Assembly: GCA_009914755.4 (NCBI GenBank)
Contig: CP068257.2
Location: 7,360,001 to 7,424,000, forward strand
DNA: 64,000 nt
Direction: 5' to 3'
Origin: the human T2T-CHM13v2.0 reference genome, Homo sapiens
The stretch's first letter is position 1. The number at the start of each line of letters is the position of its first letter. This document shows positions 57,364 to 64,000 of this stretch, piece after piece. The notes under the pieces were generated by a model. It worked only from the letters and a program-made list of their open reading frames with translations, ran no database searches and had not been told where the DNA came from. The translations under genes and the position numbers were made by a program.

Positions 57364-60300
57364 AAAATGTTTTTAGCTTCAAGTAACAGAATAGTCAACT
57401 AATTGAAGAAAAAAACAAGGAGCAACTTTGACCAAATCGCACAACAAATAGATGGTATCAATGCTTAGTTAATTCAACATGATCCACTTCTTTGTGATTC
57501 TCTTATCTTTCTACCTATGTTTTCAAGATGGCTATGGCATTCCCAGCCTTACAACTTCATGTGACAAAATTCAATGGCAGGAAATAATAAGTGACGGCAT
57601 TTTGATACTTTAAGGAAAAACTTTAAGGATTGGAAAACAGGGATGCCATATGTCCAGTAACATGGGATAGCCGCTCCTAATTAAGGATTGCTGTATGTCC
57701 TGAATGACTTTCTAATGTAATGAAGGTGAATAACCTGCTTTGTTTAATTATACAATCCCAAATGTAACTGCCTAAGTGCCAAGTACTTTTGCATGGTTTT
57801 AATATGCCATGAATTTTGCAAGAATGAAACTACTATGTATATGAGAAAAGATGGTAGATTTTTTCATTTAGATACTCATTTCAGAGTCTCAATAGGAAAA
57901 ATAGAACACACACAAACTAAGATAATTTAACATGGGTTTATTTCCAAAGAGACTACTTACGAAAATGTCAGGGGAGAAGGGTGAAGGAATCACAGAAATC
58001 ACACCCCACAATAACTCTGGGTTAGCAGTGGCAGGCAGAGTTCTGGGGAGTAAACTGCCCTGATCACAGAAGGAAACACTAATTTTCTTATGAAAAAGAT
58101 TGGTCAAGGAGACCTAGCAGAGAGGGAGTTTAGGCAATAACCCCCAATCCCATTTCCTCCTTCCCTTTAATCTCATGAACATGCATAGAAGACAATGAGC
58201 AAGGGAACTGATGGAGATATTCAATATGGACCATTCCACTTGGACAAAAGCCAGTAAATAGGGGAGTATAACAGGGGACAAGGGCCAAACAGAAAGTATC
58301 TATTACATTTACCAATGCAGATCAATCATGTCAACAATAGAAATGGCAGTTTTGGCATTTGGTTATTCAATGAAACTATATTTGTAGCTTTTTATTTACA
58401 ATGTTTCAAGGTATGGGCGAAGATATGAAAATTTCATTATGTTCTATTGTATTTGATATGTAAATGTTCTGGCACAATTATATACATTTTGGATTATATA
58501 TTGACAGTAAATTATTTCTCCTTTGTTAGCTTCAGCATAACATTAATATTTTCAACAACTTGAATGCATACATTGTGTTCTCACTAATAGTTTAGAATAA
58601 CGAAGGGGTCTTTGAAGAATTTCTTATGAAGTAGAGGCATTGGGTCAGACAGAGCCGAAAACCACTGGCTTAGATTAATCACTATTTATCCTAGGGCTGA
58701 AGAGGGCCAATTGAAGACACAAATGTCCAATCCCTCTATAACCTTGGAGATCTATGAACCAGAGAAATAGAGACTGGTTCTTAAGGAGGTAATAAGTGTG
58801 CCTTCTATGGTTTATAATAATATGCATTGTCTTAAGAATTGAATACTTAAAAGTTAATGCCCTCATAATATGCAAAATTTTTAATAAGCACATTGGTCCC
58901 TGTGTTCAAGTAGTTGGTAATCAAATTAGTGAAGTATGGTAAGTCTTTTGAAGAGCATTAAACAGCAGAAAATGTAAGAAATTTGTCTCTATAATAGTGT
59001 GGGCCTTCTGTGTTTCCTAAGGGCACATTCATATGATCTAATAACTGAGCAGAGAGAAGCCTAAAGGATATTTTATGGTTTCATTTTTTTGTTTTTGCCA
59101 ATTAACATACATTTCTAGATTAAAAGTCAACTATCTTTTCGTTGGGAGTCAACTATAGGAGAAGATAGTGAAGAGGCAAGGAAAATTACAGCAGCTCAAC
59201 AGCTTTACCCTGGAAATATCTGTATTGTGTACCGCTATAGCCTACCTTTATCAGTCAGATAACAATGTCAAAGAGGCAAGCTTGGCACCATTGCTCTTAG
59301 TGAATCTCTGCTGCCAGCCTTTTATCCTAAGTGCTCTCCAAAGACCCATTTAATGGACCTTTCTGAAATTGTGCTCAGGATCAATATGAGGCTCATTGAT
59401 ACAGCAGCTTTGGAACTCACCATTTGCTTATTTATTAAACCTGGGATATTTTCCCAACTTCTATCATCTGAAATCCTCTCCATGACTTTCAAAATTACCA
59501 ACATTGGTTCCAACATCATTCCTAGAAAACATTTCATTGGAGTATATTTATCTGACATTTGACTGTATTTATAGCAGTAAGAATATATGATGATTCCTCC
59601 TAAAATAATCCCACAATTACCCATTTTGGGTCACATTTGAGGGTCTTATTCTTAATATCAGAGATCTGTTCTATACATTTGAGTCTTAGAAATAATTACT
59701 AGCTTCTCTCTGAATTTAACTGAAGTTCCTTACTTTTATTCAGCCTGTTACCCAAATTACATAATGTATTGAAGGCTAAAAACTGTCCAAATTTCTGATT
59801 ACCTTTAGTTAAAAATGGGAATATGAGTTTTTCTTTTTCTAACTTGGCAAAGATTATGTTTTTTTCATGAAGAAATACAGACATATTTAAACACCAGGAT
59901 CTGAGAATTTGAAATACATGAAACTTAGCAGGTGGTCTTTAAGTAGTTTTCATTTCTAAATTTTAGTACATAGCATTGAATGCTACAGAAGAAAAGACAA
60001 TGAGGGATTACTCATAAACATTGCCTTTATGATATCCTTCCAAAGAAAACCAAGTGTCCCTGTGCTTGGACTCATAAAGCAGAAATGCTTACCTTGCTTT
60101 TATGTCACTAACAAACAATTGTGCCTAGTCATTGAATTCTAATGCATTTAAGCCATCTTGAGAGTAGAGCCCCTAGGGAAAACTACAAATGGAAAATTCA
60201 TTGATTTTTGATTTTGCTTTCCTATGGATCAAATTTAATACTTTCTTGTAAATCTCTCCCTTTGCAGATCATATGTGATAAATAGTTATCCAACTTTCTA

Positions 60301-62204
60301 GATGTCCACCCAGAGCTGTTTCCATATGAAGAGGTGGAAACGGATTCTGTGCATGATACTGGTTAGGATTGGTAACTGTTTTTTTTTAAAGGGTTTTTTA
60401 AAATTTGTTTTCCTTGTACACATAGCCATAATATTGTGTTGTTAACTGCCCTCTGGGAACAAAGTCATGTCAATCACAAATATATTGCCTAAAGTGGGAG
60501 GCTTATTACTCTGCTGTGAATTCCATCTCCTATTATGTTTTAAAGATGCTACAAACTTGAGACATTACTATGTAGATGACATTCCCAGCAAATCCCCAAA
60601 CAACACTTAATGAGATTTCAAATACCAGGATCATGCAACTGTAAAAGAAATAAGGAAATAAAGAAAAGCACAGTATATTTGTAGAAGGCATTAAAACACA
60701 AATTTTATAATTATGAATGCATATAATAAGGAACAAGTTTTATTCTAAATAGTAATTAAATCAGAACTATGATATAGGGAATAAAAGTGAATATTAAACC
60801 ATTGTACTGACAATAACAGAGCCCTTTTTCTGCTGCGTGATGGAATTTAGTGTTTACTAAGGAAGAAAAAAATGCAAGATATCTTAAATTTGGTACTTTC
60901 CAACAAATTTAAGAAATGTGTACACACTTGAGGAGACTTAAGAAGTCTCTGACTAAAACACTAGAAAAGAAAAGCAGCAAAAAGCCAAATAACTATTACT
61001 CAACAATAACAACATTTGTTACTATTATATTAATATTAAACACACTATTAAACAACAACATTTCAGTTACTCACTGAGCCCAAAGTCATTTTTCATGAAC
61101 CATTCACAACACTGATAACCTATTGAAAAATGATTGAAAACAAAAAAGCTTATTGCTTTCCAAGTCCTTTTAAAGCCTTCTCTTGTGTCATTTCATATAA
61201 TCCTTATAACAAATCTATGGAGTATATACTGACTTTACCTCTGTACAGAAAAGAAAACTGAGTCATATTCAGAATAAGTTGCAAAGTTCCCCAGATAATC
61301 AGTGTCATAGGTGAAATTTGATGTCACAGTGTACTCAAGTGTAATTTAGGGAAGCAGTACAAATGACGGTTGAAAGCACAGGTTCTGGGGTAAACAGCCT
61401 GAAGTCAAAATCTAGTTCATAGCCTCAGTGGCTGTGTGATCTTGGGAAATTTCCCTTAACTCTCTGTGTCTTGGTTTTATAGTTTCATCCATTTTTGCCT
61501 CTCATATGAGCTGGTGAGCATTACACTAGTTTATGCTTCTAGGACACTGAAAACAGTACCTGGCTCTTGATAAATATTAACAATTTTGTTTCATTGTCTT
61601 CACCTTGAGTATTTCATGGCCAGATGGAAATCAATGTCAATATGAAAAAATGTTCATAATTCAGCAGGAAGAAATACAAAACCATATAAACAACTTTGTT
61701 TTACTGGCAAGTGAATTGGGAAGCTATGCTAAATTGAGAAGGGGAAGGGAAACCCTCTAAGAGCATCGATTAATCAATGACCGAAAGCTGATGAGACTTG
61801 TCTGGAATTTTTTTTTGGAGACTCTGATACTTAAAATTTTGACAAAATAAGGAGATGAACTGAGTAGTGTGGAACAGACATTTTGTGAAGTCAGCAGAGA
61901 AAGGAGAGACAAATATGGTAAGGGGAAAATGGTATGAAGTAATAATATCTATGAAGTGCTTTCTAAAGTATAACACATGTAAGTTGTGTTAAATGTAAAC
62001 TATCATGATTATATCATTACTGTCTGACTGATACAACTATATCCACCTCAGTTAGCCACATAAGATCAATTTTCCTATACCTTAGAGAATACCAGTAACC
62101 TCCAGTTCAGAAACAGCATAAATATCTATCCACAGCTGAGCAGACACATACAGCTAGCTACCAGATTAAATGGGCTATATCTTCAAATACTATTGTTTTC
62201 TGTT

Positions 62205-62460
62205 TTTTAATTGTGGCAAAACACACTCAACAATTTGCATCTTAACCACTGTTAAGTATACAATTCGGTGTCATTAAATGTATTCACAATGTTGTGCAAG
62301 CATCACCACCACCCATCTCCATAATTCTTTTTGTCTTGTAAAATTGAAATCCTGTACCCATTAAAAGTGACTCCCCATTCCCCACCCCCCCCAGGGCAAC
62401 TACAGCTTTACTTTCTGTCTTGATGAATCATACAATATCAAATGTAATTTTTAAGATATT
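62205..62460 (+). mobile_element. Probable ancient L1 (L1M/L1PB-type) 3'-end fragment
   Basis: ...cactgttaagtatacaattcggtgtcattaaatgtattcacaatgttgtgcaagcatcaccaccacccatctccataattctttttgtcttgtaaaattgaaatcctgtacccattaaaagtgactccccattccccacccccccccagggcaactacagctttactttctgtcttgatgaatcatacaatat resembles the conserved ...gttgtgcaaccatcaccaccatccatctccagaactttttcatcttcccaaactgaaactctgtacccattaaacactaactccccattccccc.cccccagcccctggcaaccacc...tactttctgtctctatgaatttgact block of older L1 3' ends. The match is from memory, not an alignment. Confidence 0.45.
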
Positions 62461-64000
62461 TAAAATATTTTGTCTGGAAGCAAAGTGGAAGTTAATATCA
62501 ATGGCTATGCCTTCAGTGAGTTCTCAGACCACATTACAATGTAGTTAACTATTTATCTTTTATTACGTTCTAGATCTATTATTTCTTTCTGGCACAAAAA
62601 TATCTTCTTTGTAGATTATGGCATTTACCTCTATCTCCACACCATTTTGGTCTCTCATCCACAGATCATCAGCCTCTTGCTTAGTCTTCTATTTAATGAC
62701 AATTTCTATTTAGTATACAACAGTCCTTCCCCCTGCAATGCAATTTCTTCACTCTTTAAAGCTCTGAGTCTGGCTACTGGTCTCTGTTATGTACTCATCC
62801 CTAGAGCCAAGTCTTCAAATATTTCTCAGAACTTCTTCACATCTAAAAATCTAGGATTAATTTATTGCTCTCTGATTATATTCTTCTGGTATTTCAAGTA
62901 TCCTGTATAACTTCTTCATTTGCCCTTGCTTTTCTTCTACATCAAGATGTCAAGTTCATGGACTTCCAAATTAATCATTTTAAAAATGTATTTCAAGCCT
63001 TTATGAGTCACTAAAATATAGATATGCTCTCAGGAATTATGGCCCTACAATTTGTATGTGAGAATAGTTCCTGTGTCAGGCATTATGGACATAAGAGGAA
63101 ATAAATTCTAGTCCCTGCCTACAAGGAGCTAATTCCCAGCCTAAGACAGATTGCAAGACAATAATATGCAGACTTGTAAGTCTAAGGAAACTGATTGGGA
63201 TATACCTAATTCGAGCTGGGAATATCAGAAGAAAAACTTTTTGAAAGTCATGAGACATGAGCTGTGCCTAAAAGAGTAAAAAATAGAGAGAGAAATAAGA
63301 AGAAATAAATTAAGGAATGAGATGGGTATAATAGTAGAAAAAGGAAATCTCTTTAGATAAAACAGGGTATGAGAGTATATAGGAGGCTTATTAACTCAGT
63401 GTGGTTGGAGAAAACAGGTTGAAAGGAGAAATAGGGGAGAAAGTTACAAAGGGAATCAAACGTGTTAGTAGTTGAGGGAAAAGCAAATATTGAATACGAC
63501 CCATAGATCTTGGATAACCCAGTGTTTGGTAGTAGCTTACATAAAAAGTTGTGACAAAATAACCAGAGATATGCGGAGAAAATAATAACTGAGTGTTATA
63601 TTTCCTCTCAGTAGAAACCTTAAAAAAAAAATGTAATCACACACTGATCTTTTAACTGACCTCCACTTATCTTGCTGCCTGGATTGGCATACATATTCCT
63701 CTGCCTGAAAAATTGCTCAATACTTTTGAAAGGTTGTTTCTCACTGTTACACCCAGGCATTTCTGCTAACACCAGCTGAGTTGTAAGGGGCCCCTCCAGG
63801 AGACCTAGGTTGTTCTCCTTATCACATACATTATTTTCATTTATCAATTTACCCAGAACATCTAATGAAATATTATGGACACCAATAACATGAATACAAA
63901 TATAGCTATAGACCCTAAAAAGTAAATTGATGTCTCTTGAAAGGCTGTCATGTCTTAGATGCTAAATTTGGAGTATGTGTTTGTAATAAATAAATAGCTT

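Overview
This window is primate, almost certainly human, DNA and not a prokaryotic locus. I found no candidate novel biological system. What the sequence supports is a pericentromeric satellite array running into repeat-rich unique DNA.

- **Satellite (1-28257).** A (GGAAT)n/(ATTCC)n array of HSat3 type, with the GGAAT-rich strand on + throughout. It shows a nested higher-order repeat (HOR) of about 7.4 kb, and copies at exact offsets of 7376 and 10692 bp encode identical 99-aa repeat peptides, so identity between copies is very high. A recurring non-pentameric landmark block of about 85 bp occurs roughly 20 times.
- **Array edge (28258-30650).** The array degenerates into a GGAGT-rich variant interspersed with eight modules of about 55 bp derived from the Alu 3' end, including a near-identical 2 x 379-bp tandem duplication.
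- **Array boundary (30650).** The satellite abuts a truncated LINE-1 ORF2 fragment directly.
- **Unique, AT-rich sequence (30.65-64 kb).** It carries primate interspersed repeats:
  - a minus-strand SVA with a 17-bp target-site duplication and 105 bp of extra 5' sequence (possible 5' transduction);
  - a 1.8-kb 5'-truncated L1PA (-) with an Alu (-) at its truncation edge;
  - a 121-bp L1 3'-end insertion with a perfect 16-bp TSD;
  - an Alu (+) and an Alu (-);
  - a 450-bp L1 3' end (-);
  - a full-length but coding-dead L1PA (+) of about 6.1 kb;
  - a (CA)n microsatellite and a further Alu (+);
  - a possible old L1 3' fragment.

The six-frame ORFs do not support any protein-coding gene. The long ORFs inside the satellite are stop-free translation artefacts of the pentamer. 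The ORFs in the unique part are L1 ORF1/ORF2 remnants or GC-rich repeat artefacts.

I worked by eye only. Coordinates of element ends are approximate (about +/-5 bp unless a TSD is stated), and subfamily assignments are tentative.
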